Below, in pieces: positions 54,292 through 62,534 of a DNA stretch of 64,000 nucleotides. The stretch is from an uncultured Verrucomicrobiales bacterium (lineage in GTDB: Bacteria; Verrucomicrobiota; Verrucomicrobiia; Verrucomicrobiales; Akkermansiaceae): positions 173 to 64,172 of the forward strand of contig CALFSW010000050.1 in assembly GCA_937916505.1 (NCBI GenBank), given 5' to 3'. The position numbers were made by a program, and so were the translations under genes. Position 1 is the stretch's first letter; each line of letters starts with the position of its first letter. The notes beneath the pieces were generated by a model. It saw only the letters and a program-made list of their open reading frames with translations. It did not search any database and had not been told where the DNA came from.

Positions 54292-56187
54292 ATGCCAAAC
54301 CCCTTTGGAACCACTTTTGAATCCCTGAAAAGTCCCGCCGGCCCTTTTGTGGAGGCCGTGCACAACGGTCCGTATCATCGGCTCAGTGAACTGATTGATT
54401 CAGGCCAGGGGCAGCTCATTTCCTTGAGGGCTCCCCGTGCCGGATATGGAAAGACGATGTTACTGTCCCGGCTTCGCGATAAAAAGAAGGGGGAGATAAT
54501 GGTCGTGCCAATCCATCTGGCCGACGGTCGCAGAGTGGAGGGTGAGGGGATTCTGGAAGAACTTCTGACACAACTCACCGAGACAGTTTCCGGAACAGCA
54601 GGTTTGACGCGACTGGATTTGTACGCCCGCCGACTTTTTGCGCATGGATTACTTCCATTGGTATACTCGGGGGAAGTTCCTTCGCAGGATAAGGATGGCG
54701 CGTTGAGTAGTCTGCGCGAACGTCCGACCGAGGTATTTGACTTTCATCATGACGGCGCGTCGATTGCGCAGTGGACAAAGAGCCAGTTCGACATTCTTTT
54801 ACCGCGGCTTTCTTCGGTCTTGAGCAAGTCCAGTGGTGCCAGCGGTCGCGACACGTCGTATTGGATTGAGCTTTTTTTTAACTACGCGATCCGAACGCCG
54901 AACGAGGCAATCCGAACCAGCGATTTGATGGAGACTGTGTTTGGGCGCGCGAGTCGGTTTAGATCAGGAGCGGGGTATTTGGACGGGTTGGGATCGTTTT
55001 TGAACCTGATCACTTTGGTTGAACCGGTGGTTTTGGTGTTGGACGAAGTGGACGGGCTGGCTAGCGATAGTGATGCCGCGCTGCGCACGACAAGCTGTTT
55101 GGTTTCATTATGGGAATCAGCGCCCCGAACGAGTGTCGTCATTTCGGTGAATGATGACGTTTGGCAGTCGGCATTCGCTCCACGACTCCCGTTGGGGTTG
55201 CAGGATCGACTTGAGGACGTCGTAATCCGACTGGACGAGTTGACCGAAGAGGAAGCGAAATTGCTCGTGACGATCCGCTCAGGGGGCGAAGCCGAAAAAG
55301 TATTAGCTCGAATGGACCTGACTTCGGGAGGGCTCTATCCCAGAGCTGTCCTAAAGGCCGCCCGCGAAGCCTGGGAAATCCGGGATGAGGTGGAGGGGGC
55401 ATCAGATTCACCTTCTTTCGAAGCTGTTCCGGATGCGGGAACACCCTCTCAGGCCGAGATTAGCCCCGTAGCAATTACGGATGGTGAGGGAGGCGTTTCC
55501 GATCCAGCTTCCTTCGGATTTACCGCGGTTCCGGGACCAGTCTATCCTCCACAAACTGTGCGACGTGTTGCGCTTCCCAGAAAATTCGAGGTGCAAAGGA
55601 TTCGTCAGAATCCAGCCATTGTTGAGTTTGCTCCTCCTGTGGTGAGAGCGGCTCCTCCGGTGGTTCAAGGCGCTCCTGCCCTGGAAAATCCATCCGCGCC
55701 CGAATTGACAAGCCCTTTTCAGGTTTCCTCATCTCCTCCGGTGCAATCACAGCCTGTTTTTCCACCTGCACAACCGTTCGAGTCATCTCCTTTTGAGCCT
55801 TCCGGGGCACCTTTTGCGCCAGAGATTTCGCCCTCTCAAATGGAATCCCCGTTTCAGCCGGAAGCGGAATCTCAAGGCAGTCTCCGGTCCTACCCTTTGA
55901 GTTCACCATTTGATCCTCCTCCAGGGCAACCATCTGTTCAGGAGGAAGTTCCCGGGGCTCATCCAACAGATCCCGCTCGGGCATTCCCGACACCTCCGGC
56001 CTTTACCGCGGCGCCTCCGCAGCAGGTGACTCCGCCTCCGATGGGAAATCAGCCTGCACCAACGAATGGTCCGTTTGAAGCTGCCCCGCCGGCGTCGGAG
56101 GCTGCTCCGCAAGCTGAAGTTCCAAAGGCCGATACTGACGCGATTGATGAGTTACTTCGCCAATTCCGGGAGCATCGGGATTCCTAG
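54292..56187 (+). CDS. ExeA/GspA-like P-loop NTPase with ~260-aa Pro-rich C-terminal tail
   Basis: The N-terminal NPFG motif, then RAPRAGYGKTMLLSRL (Walker A-like) and VVLVLDEVD (Walker B), follow the AAA_22/ExeA layout. Residues ~371-610 are P/S/A/Q/E low-complexity with SPF-type repeats. Confidence 0.55.
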   Translation: MPNPFGTTFESLKSPAGPFVEAVHNGPYHRLSELIDSGQGQLISLRAPRAGYGKTMLLSRLRDKKKGEIMVVPIHLADGRRVEGEGILEELLTQLTETVSGTAGLTRLDLYARRLFAHGLLPLVYSGEVPSQDKDGALSSLRERPTEVFDFHHDGASIAQWTKSQFDILLPRLSSVLSKSSGASGRDTSYWIELFFNYAIRTPNEAIRTSDLMETVFGRASRFRSGAGYLDGLGSFLNLITLVEPVVLVLDEVDGLASDSDAALRTTSCLVSLWESAPRTSVVISVNDDVWQSAFAPRLPLGLQDRLEDVVIRLDELTEEEAKLLVTIRSGGEAEKVLARMDLTSGGLYPRAVLKAAREAWEIRDEVEGASDSPSFEAVPDAGTPSQAEISPVAITDGEGGVSDPASFGFTAVPGPVYPPQTVRRVALPRKFEVQRIRQNPAIVEFAPPVVRAAPPVVQGAPALENPSAPELTSPFQVSSSPPVQSQPVFPPAQPFESSPFEPSGAPFAPEISPSQMESPFQPEAESQGSLRSYPLSSPFDPPPGQPSVQEEVPGAHPTDPARAFPTPPAFTAAPPQQVTPPPMGNQPAPTNGPFEAAPPASEAAPQAEVPKADTDAIDELLRQFREHRDS

Positions 56188-56199
56188 ATTTCAGGAATC
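56179..56199. terminator. hairpin spanning the shared CTAG stop of two convergent genes (possible bidirectional terminator)
   Basis: GATTCCT-agatttc-AGGAATC, a 7-bp stem. The TAG of the + gene (56185-56187) and the TAG of lipB (56186-56184) share the CTAG. There is no strong U-tract. Confidence 0.3.
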
Positions 56200-56828
56200 T
56201 CGGTTTCAAAGACTTCACGCAGGGTGGTCTCCATCATTGATTTCATTTTGGCAATCGCGATGGGTTTTCCCGCTTCGTCCTCGGCGCAGGTCATCCTGAC
56301 TCCATCGATTCCACACGGAGTGATGGATTGAAAAGGTGGCAAGCTGATGGTCTGAACGTTGAGGGCAAAGCCGTGGAGTGTGACCCAGGAACGGACGCCA
56401 ACGCCAAGTGATGCGATTTTTCTGTTCTCGACCCAAACGCCGGTGAGTCCTTTGCGTCGCCGGGCTGCTATTCCAAATTTGGAAAGTGCACTGATGATGG
56501 TTTCTTCAAGATTCCGAAGGTGTAGGTGGAGATCCTTTTCCCGTTTTCCGAGGTCGAGAATGGCATAGCCGACGAGTTGCCCCGGACCATGGTAGGTTCC
56601 CTGACCTCCGCGATTGATTTCAACGACAGGGTGGGGGAGATGCGGGGTGTCTCGAAGGCTACTTTGGTCACGGGTTCGTCCGATGGTGTATACCGGTGAG
56701 TGTTCCAGTAGGAGAATGGTGTCATCAATGAGCCCCTCCCGTCGTTGTCTGACGAGGTTTTCCTGAAGAATCCAGGTTTCTTGAAAATCCCGGTCCGCAC
56801 CGAGATCCCTTACGATGAATGGGCTCAT
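56184..56828 (-). CDS. lipB: octanoyltransferase (lipoyl(octanoyl) transferase)
   Basis: LLLEHSPVYTIGR, INRGGQGTYHGPGQLVGY and KIASLGVGV..WVTLHGFALNV. ATG 56828 overlaps the polX stop (ATGA). Confidence 0.85.
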   Translation of the reverse strand: MSPFIVRDLGADRDFQETWILQENLVRQRREGLIDDTILLLEHSPVYTIGRTRDQSSLRDTPHLPHPVVEINRGGQGTYHGPGQLVGYAILDLGKREKDLHLHLRNLEETIISALSKFGIAARRRKGLTGVWVENRKIASLGVGVRSWVTLHGFALNVQTISLPPFQSITPCGIDGVRMTCAEDEAGKPIAIAKMKSMMETTLREVFETEIPEI

Positions 56829-58558
56829 CGTTTTGACTTGGGGAGTGCGAGCCACTCTTGAATTTCTGCGAGTGGACGGGTGTTGACGACGTCCTCACGC
56901 CGCAGCCAGCCTTTGCGGGCGATACGGGCTCCATAGGCGAGAAATTGAAGTTGTTCGGTGGCATGGGCATCGGGATTGATCGAAGTGAGGACTCCTTTGT
57001 CCCGCGCGCGATGCCACCAACGCCAATCCATGTCGAGGCGCCAGGGGTTGCAGTTGAGTTCAATCACAGTTCGAGTCTCGGCCGCGCAATCAATGATTTT
57101 TTCGATGTTCACGGCGTATGGATCACGACGAAGGAGGAGTCGACCGGTCAGGTGTCCGAGCATGGTGACGTGTTCGTTTTCCATGGCCCTGATGAGGCGG
57201 GCGGTCATTTCATCTTCGGGAAGGTTGAAAACGTTGTGAACCGAGGCCACGCAGTAGTCCAGTTGGGCTAAGAGATCGTTGTCGAAATCGAGTGAGCCGT
57301 CTTTGAGAATATCCACTTCGGAGCCTGGAATAAGGGCGAAGTCGTCAAAGGATTCGTTGAGTTTTCGAATGGTGGCGATTTGCCCGATTAGGCGATTTTC
57401 GTCGAGACCATTGGCTTGAAAGGATGATTTTGAGTGGTCGGCTATCCCGAGGTACTGAAGGCCATGATCCTTGGCGGCTCCGGCCATTTCCTCGAGGGTG
57501 TTTTGACCGTCCGAGGCAATCGTGTGGTTGTGAAAAGTTCCTCGGAGATGTGAGAGTTCGACGAGGGCAGGCAATTCTCCTTTTTGGGCGGCTTCGATTT
57601 CTCCCCGGTTTTCACGAAGTTCAGGAACAACCCAATCCAGGCCAAGGGCGCGATAGATGTCAGCCTCTTCCTTGACTTCGGGGATGTCCCCCTCGCCCGT
57701 GAAGTCGTACTCGTTGAGCGAGAGCCCCTTTTTCAAAGCGAGGGAGCGCAGTTCAACGTTGTGCTCCTTGCTCCCGGTGAAATATTGCAGGGCGAAGGGA
57801 AAGTGGGCATTGCTGACCGCGCGAAGGTCGCATTGGAGTCCGTTTTCGAGCCGGATCGAAGCTTTGGTTTCGCCGTGCACAATGACCTCATGCACTTCGG
57901 GGAATTCGGTGAAAAATTGGGTCAATTCGGCCGGCTTGGTGGTGGCGACGAGAAAGTCGAGATCGTGGAGGGTTTCCTTCGATCGGCGATAGGATCCAGC
58001 GATGGCCGAGCGTGACACCTTTGGGTGATCCCGGAGACGTTCGAGTAAGGTCTCAGCCAAAGGGGCCACCTCGCCGAGACGGAACCGGTCGGCAAATTTT
58101 TCGCGATTTTCGATCGCGGAGAGGATTTTTTCGACTGTCTTGGCTCCGAAACCGGCGAGGTTTGAGATCTCCTTACCTTGGCAGGCTTCCTTGAGTTCGG
58201 CAACGGAGGAAATGCCAAGTTTATCGTAGAGAGCTTTGATCTTCTTTGGTCCCAATCCCTGGACTTCAAAGAGTTCGAAGAGAGTGGGTGGGAATTCGCC
58301 CTTTAAGTTTTCGTAGTATTGCAGGGCACCGGTCGAGGCCAGTTCATGAAGCTTTTGTTGCAGGGCGTCGCCGATGCCTTTGATCCCTTTGAGCTCGCCA
58401 TCGGCAGCCAGGGCAACGATGTCGCCATCGAAATTTTGTACGATTTCGGCTCCCTTTCGATAGGCGCGGGTTTTAAAGGGATTTTCACCCTTAAGTTCAA
58501 GAAGGAGGGCAATCTCTTCAAGAGTGCTCACCAAAGTGTCACGGGTCACGTCAGCCAT
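56825..58558 (-). CDS. polX: DNA polymerase X family protein with C-terminal PHP domain
   Basis: N-terminal HhH/8-kDa domain (ENPFKTRAYRKGAEIV, GIKGIGDAL), a Pol beta-like nucleotidyltransferase (GSYRR.KET.HDLDFLV) and a PHP domain (HNHTIASDG..., ADHS). Confidence 0.85.
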   Translation of the reverse strand: MADVTRDTLVSTLEEIALLLELKGENPFKTRAYRKGAEIVQNFDGDIVALAADGELKGIKGIGDALQQKLHELASTGALQYYENLKGEFPPTLFELFEVQGLGPKKIKALYDKLGISSVAELKEACQGKEISNLAGFGAKTVEKILSAIENREKFADRFRLGEVAPLAETLLERLRDHPKVSRSAIAGSYRRSKETLHDLDFLVATTKPAELTQFFTEFPEVHEVIVHGETKASIRLENGLQCDLRAVSNAHFPFALQYFTGSKEHNVELRSLALKKGLSLNEYDFTGEGDIPEVKEEADIYRALGLDWVVPELRENRGEIEAAQKGELPALVELSHLRGTFHNHTIASDGQNTLEEMAGAAKDHGLQYLGIADHSKSSFQANGLDENRLIGQIATIRKLNESFDDFALIPGSEVDILKDGSLDFDNDLLAQLDYCVASVHNVFNLPEDEMTARLIRAMENEHVTMLGHLTGRLLLRRDPYAVNIEKIIDCAAETRTVIELNCNPWRLDMDWRWWHRARDKGVLTSINPDAHATEQLQFLAYGARIARKGWLRREDVVNTRPLAEIQEWLALPKSKR

Positions 58559-58569
58559 TCATGTGAACA
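58556..58569. promoter_or_regulatory. LexA-box-like element overlapping the polX start codon (minus strand TGTTC-acat-GAATG, 8/10)
   Basis: Read directly from the sequence. It shares the 12-mer pattern TGTTCnCATGAA with the perfect box at 11890, and in both the embedded ATG is a start codon. Confidence 0.3.
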
Positions 58570-58639
58570 TGCTTCGGCGAGCGCGATTTGCAAGACTAAG
58601 GCCTTCGCGAAAGAGGAGAGATCTGCTACCCCTTCGTCG

Positions 58640-59329
58640 ATGAGCACTCCGAATGTGAAGTTTTACAATGCGGCAATCGACGCAGCCCAGTCCGGCGACA
58701 TCCCCGCGGCCCGCGAGGCCATTGAATCGGCTTTGACCGAGGACCCGAATGATGTCCAAAGCTGGCAGCTTTATGCGGTGGTATTGAATGCCCTTGGTGA
58801 GACCGAGAAGGCTGGGAAGGCGACGGCGAAAACCAAGGAGCTGGGATTGAGCGAGGTTGATGAGCTGATCATGAAGGCTGCAGATGCCATTGGTCAGAAC
58901 AAATTCGGGTTGGCGATCACCCACTATGAGGATGCCTTGGAACTGGATCCCAACCGTCCCGAGGTCTATGTCAGTTATGCCCTGGCGCTCATGCATGGTG
59001 ATTACCCTTCCGATGCTGAAGAGGCGGCGGACAAGGCGGTTGAAATGGCACCTGGTGATGCTTCGGCCTGGTATGCCCGTGGCCGAATTCTACGTCTTCG
59101 CGGGAAAAAAAATGATGCTCTGGAAAGTTTAAAGAAGGCTCTCGAACTTCAGGGGAATCTTGTTCTCGCTCGATACGAATGCGGTATGATTCTCGCTGAG
59201 ACCGGGGAGCTGCAGGCGGCACTGGAGTGTTTCGAGGAGGTCCTCGAGGATCACCCTGAAGATGAGAATGCGATCGCCGCCAAAGCTGCGATTTTGGCTA
59301 AGATGGAGGAGATGAATTCCCAGGGATAA
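58640..59329 (+). CDS. TPR-repeat protein
   Basis: 229 aa of consecutive TPR-like helices (e.g. AITHYEDALELDPNRPEVYVSYALAL, AWYARGRILRLRGKKNDALESLKKALEL). The ATG at 58640 avoids overlap with polX. Confidence 0.7.
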   Translation: MSTPNVKFYNAAIDAAQSGDIPAAREAIESALTEDPNDVQSWQLYAVVLNALGETEKAGKATAKTKELGLSEVDELIMKAADAIGQNKFGLAITHYEDALELDPNRPEVYVSYALALMHGDYPSDAEEAADKAVEMAPGDASAWYARGRILRLRGKKNDALESLKKALELQGNLVLARYECGMILAETGELQAALECFEEVLEDHPEDENAIAAKAAILAKMEEMNSQG

Positions 59330-59386
59330 GGATTGCAAGCCGGGAAGGGAAAGGCAGGATGCGCATCACTTACTGTAACACAGATT

Positions 59387-60259
59387 ATGAGTCGTAAAAT
59401 TTGGTTGGATGGAAACATCGTTGATGAGTCGGAAGCAAAGATTTCAGTCTTCGATCACGGTCTTCTTTATGGTGATGGAATCTTCGAAGGGATTCGCTTT
59501 TACGAGGGACGGGTCTTTCGTTTGAGTGAGCACATTGAGCGCCTCTATCTCTCGGCGAAGGCTCTCCTTTTGAAGATGCCGTGGACTCTTGAGGAAGTTT
59601 GCGAAGCGACGCTGGAAACGATTCGTGCGAATGGCCTGACCGACGGCTATATCCGGCTTGTCGTGACCCGCGGTGTGGGTGACCTGGGTCTTAATCCTTA
59701 CCTTTGTCCTTCACCATCGATGTTCATCATCGCATCGAGCATTACTCTTTATCCTGCCGAACTCTATGAGAACGGATTGGAGGTCGTGACTTGTTCGACC
59801 CGACGTCCGACTCCCGCAAGTCTCAGTCCGCAGGTGAAATCGCTCAATTACCTCAACAACGTGATGGCGAAAGTTGAGGCCTTAAAAACAGGAGCCAAGG
59901 AAGGTCTCATGCTCAATGAGCAAGGCTACGTGGCCGAGTGCACCGGAGACAATGTCTTCATTGTGAAAAAAGGTGAGGTGATTACGCCGCCTGTTTCAGA
60001 TGGCAGCCTCGACGGCATTACCCGCCAGGTGATTTTTGAGCTCTGTGAGGAACTGGGAATCAAGATCCGGGAGGCTTCAATGACTCGCTACGATGTCTAT
60101 ACCGCAGATGAATCATTCCTGACGGGAACCGCAGCCGAGACCATTCCGATGGTGATGCTGGATGATCGGGAGATCGGCGACGGGAAGCCCGGTGAAATCA
60201 GCCTCAAGCTGATCGAAGCCTACCGCAAAAAGGTGCGCTCCGAAGGGACGGCGTTTTAG
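59387..60259 (+). CDS. ilvE: branched-chain amino acid aminotransferase (fold type IV)
   Basis: VFDHGLLYGDGIFEGIRFY.GRVFRL..H..RL, IRLVVTRG, SLNYLNNV and ECTGDNVFIVK. The start is ATG 59387. Confidence 0.85.
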   Translation: MSRKIWLDGNIVDESEAKISVFDHGLLYGDGIFEGIRFYEGRVFRLSEHIERLYLSAKALLLKMPWTLEEVCEATLETIRANGLTDGYIRLVVTRGVGDLGLNPYLCPSPSMFIIASSITLYPAELYENGLEVVTCSTRRPTPASLSPQVKSLNYLNNVMAKVEALKTGAKEGLMLNEQGYVAECTGDNVFIVKKGEVITPPVSDGSLDGITRQVIFELCEELGIKIREASMTRYDVYTADESFLTGTAAETIPMVMLDDREIGDGKPGEISLKLIEAYRKKVRSEGTAF

Positions 60260-60298
60260 TTGCTGGTCATTGGGCCTCTTCATTCCTAGATTCACCGA

Positions 60299-61207
60299 AT
60301 GAAGACGTTCCTTGCCGCCTCTCTTATACTCAGTTCCTTTCTTTCGGCCGCTCCATTCGGCGAGCAAATCAGTGAGTCTGGAATCAAGCATTCTTTTCTC
60401 ATGACGGGGACCAAGACCGCCATCATCGGTGAAGACTGTGAGGTGATTTGGGAAGTTCTTGCAAATTCGCGGGACGGAGAAGTGCTGCCGAATGGAAATG
60501 TTTTGATCACCTTTGCGAAGGAGGTGAAGGAATTCACGAAAGAGAAGAAGGTGGTTTTCCATTACAAACTTGCTGATGGAAACAAGGAGATCAGCACGGC
60601 CACCCGGCTTGCTGATGGAAATACCCTGATTGCTGAGATGGGGGCGAAGCCACGGATCCTGGAGATTTCTCCGGATGGCAAGGTCGTGATTGAGGTTGCG
60701 GTGAAGCCGGAGACTGACAACACGCATATGCAGATTCGGATGGCCCGCAAGCTTCCCAATGGGAACTATCTTGTTCCCCATCTGCTGGCTTTTGCGATCA
60801 AGGAATACACTCCAAAAGGTGAAATTGTCCGGACGATCAAGACCGATTTGCCCGAGCTGGGAGGGCGGGAAAAGAGGAACTGGCCCTTCACCGCCATCCT
60901 TCTCGAGGATGGCAGGATTATGGCCAACCTCACCAATGGCAACAAAACGGTAATTTTTGACAAGGACGGCAAGGTGAACTGGGTCTTCGCTGATGACCGC
61001 TGTGCCGATCCCTGCGGTGGTCAGTTTTTAGCCAACGGAAATGTCGTGGCTTGCCAGTATGGCTCAAAGGCTGATGCCAGGCCTGATGCCATTGAGATTT
61101 CCCCGGACAAGAAAGTGGTGTGGGAATTCAAGGCCTCCAAATTCAGGGGTTTCCACGAAGTCCATGTTCTCACCACCAATGGTAAGTCGGCGGGTGGGCG
61201 ACGTTAG
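60299..61207 (+). CDS. secreted beta-propeller-like repeat protein of unknown function
   Basis: Signal peptide MKTFLAASLILSSFLSAAP. There are repeated (L)xDGN/NGN...V.. blade-like motifs: LPNGNVLI, LADGNTLI, LPNGNYLV, LEDGRIMA, LANGNVVA. Confidence 0.5.
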   Translation: MKTFLAASLILSSFLSAAPFGEQISESGIKHSFLMTGTKTAIIGEDCEVIWEVLANSRDGEVLPNGNVLITFAKEVKEFTKEKKVVFHYKLADGNKEISTATRLADGNTLIAEMGAKPRILEISPDGKVVIEVAVKPETDNTHMQIRMARKLPNGNYLVPHLLAFAIKEYTPKGEIVRTIKTDLPELGGREKRNWPFTAILLEDGRIMANLTNGNKTVIFDKDGKVNWVFADDRCADPCGGQFLANGNVVACQYGSKADARPDAIEISPDKKVVWEFKASKFRGFHEVHVLTTNGKSAGGRR

Positions 61208-62016
61208 TCGCTCCGCCGGGGGCGGGAACCCATGATGAGGCGGACGGCGGCCATGGGCAGAAGTCCGATTAGGGCTGCTGCTGCTGCGACTTTGAGTCCC
61301 GGGTAGATGCGTGGTCGGTCTGCGAGAAGGGCGTTTAAGGAGTCGCGGACGACTTGATCTGCCGGGACGTAGAAGCCCTCTCTGACAGGGAGGGCGCTTG
61401 TGGGGGATCGTCTGGCAACATCACCGAAGCCGGTTTTTATCGGACCGGGGCAGACGGCGAGGACCCGGACTCCCTGATCCCGGAGTTCGAGACGAAGTCC
61501 TTCGCTAAAGCTGGTGACGTAGGATTTGGTGGCGGCATAGACTGCGAAATCCGGAATGGGAAGAATACCGGCGAGAGAGCTGACGTTCAGGATGGCCCCC
61601 CGGCGGGCAATGAGGCCCGGAAGGAGAGAGTGGGTGAGGTGGGTGAGTGCCTCCATATTGAGGCGGATCATTTGTTCCGTTTTTCCCCAGTCGGAAGTAC
61701 GGAATTCACCGTAGTCACCCATGCCTGCGTTATTCAGGAGGCAATCGGGATAGAGGTTCTCTTGTGAGAGGGCATTGAGAAGATGATTGCGACCTGAGTC
61801 GTTCGCCAGGTCGGCGGCGAAGGTTTTCACCCTAAGATGCGGGTGTTTGCCAATCAGATCGGTGGCGATCTCCTCAAGAAGATTTTCACGCCGGGCGACG
61901 AGGACAAGTGTCTCGACGCGGGGCGCAAGTTGATGGGCATATTCCAGGCCCAATCCCGAGCTCGCTCCTGTGATAAGAACGCATCGGAAATCGGGAAGTG
62001 GGCAGGGCGACGACAT
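61204..62016 (-). CDS. SDR-family oxidoreductase
   Basis: VLITGASSGLGLEYA, NNAG and YAATKSY motifs. Length is 270 aa. Confidence 0.8.
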   Translation of the reverse strand: MSSPCPLPDFRCVLITGASSGLGLEYAHQLAPRVETLVLVARRENLLEEIATDLIGKHPHLRVKTFAADLANDSGRNHLLNALSQENLYPDCLLNNAGMGDYGEFRTSDWGKTEQMIRLNMEALTHLTHSLLPGLIARRGAILNVSSLAGILPIPDFAVYAATKSYVTSFSEGLRLELRDQGVRVLAVCPGPIKTGFGDVARRSPTSALPVREGFYVPADQVVRDSLNALLADRPRIYPGLKVAAAAALIGLLPMAAVRLIMGSRPRRSD

Positions 62017-62028
62017 GCCTTTCGGGAT

Positions 62029-62445
62029 CTAGCCCTGGGGCTGATTTTCGTCGACTTTGATGATGCGAAGGGGAAGTCGCTGGACGAGCTCACCATCGAC
62101 CAGAATATCGACGGAGTAGACACCGGCACGAGGGAAGGTGAGACCCTGGAAGCCAACAATGAGGTGGCGTGTCATGAAGGCGACGTTTTCAGGCATTTTT
62201 ACAGGCATGGCTCCCTTGATGGGCATCTTTTCGTTGATGGGTTTGCCGTCCTCATCGATCACAGAAATCTGGAGTTCGTGATCTCCGTCGTCCTCGGGAG
62301 TGAAGCAAAAGCGCATGGCAAGCGAGCATTGGGGGTGCACGATGGGGGTGGCTTTGGCGGCGAGGGCGTCAAAGGTTCCGGAGATGACCATCTTGCCTTG
62401 ATATTCGGCGGCAAAATCGCAGAGAGTAGCTACTTGTAAGTCCAT
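62029..62445 (-). CDS. small conserved hypothetical protein (beta-sandwich-like; possibly DUF6941-type)
   Basis: 138 aa with no signal peptide. The pattern LCDFA....GK..I.G.FD......P..H....L and a ...G.Y.VDILVDG... ending recall that family. The assignment is weak. Confidence 0.4.
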   Translation of the reverse strand: MDLQVATLCDFAAEYQGKMVISGTFDALAAKATPIVHPQCSLAMRFCFTPEDDGDHELQISVIDEDGKPINEKMPIKGAMPVKMPENVAFMTRHLIVGFQGLTFPRAGVYSVDILVDGELVQRLPLRIIKVDENQPQG

Positions 62446-62534
62446 AATTGAAGTTCAGAAATAAGGGCCGGAATCGGCACGCCCTTGGGTGCCTTATCCC
62501 GTCGAATTGGTAAAGGGGGAAAGGAGTAAAATAA

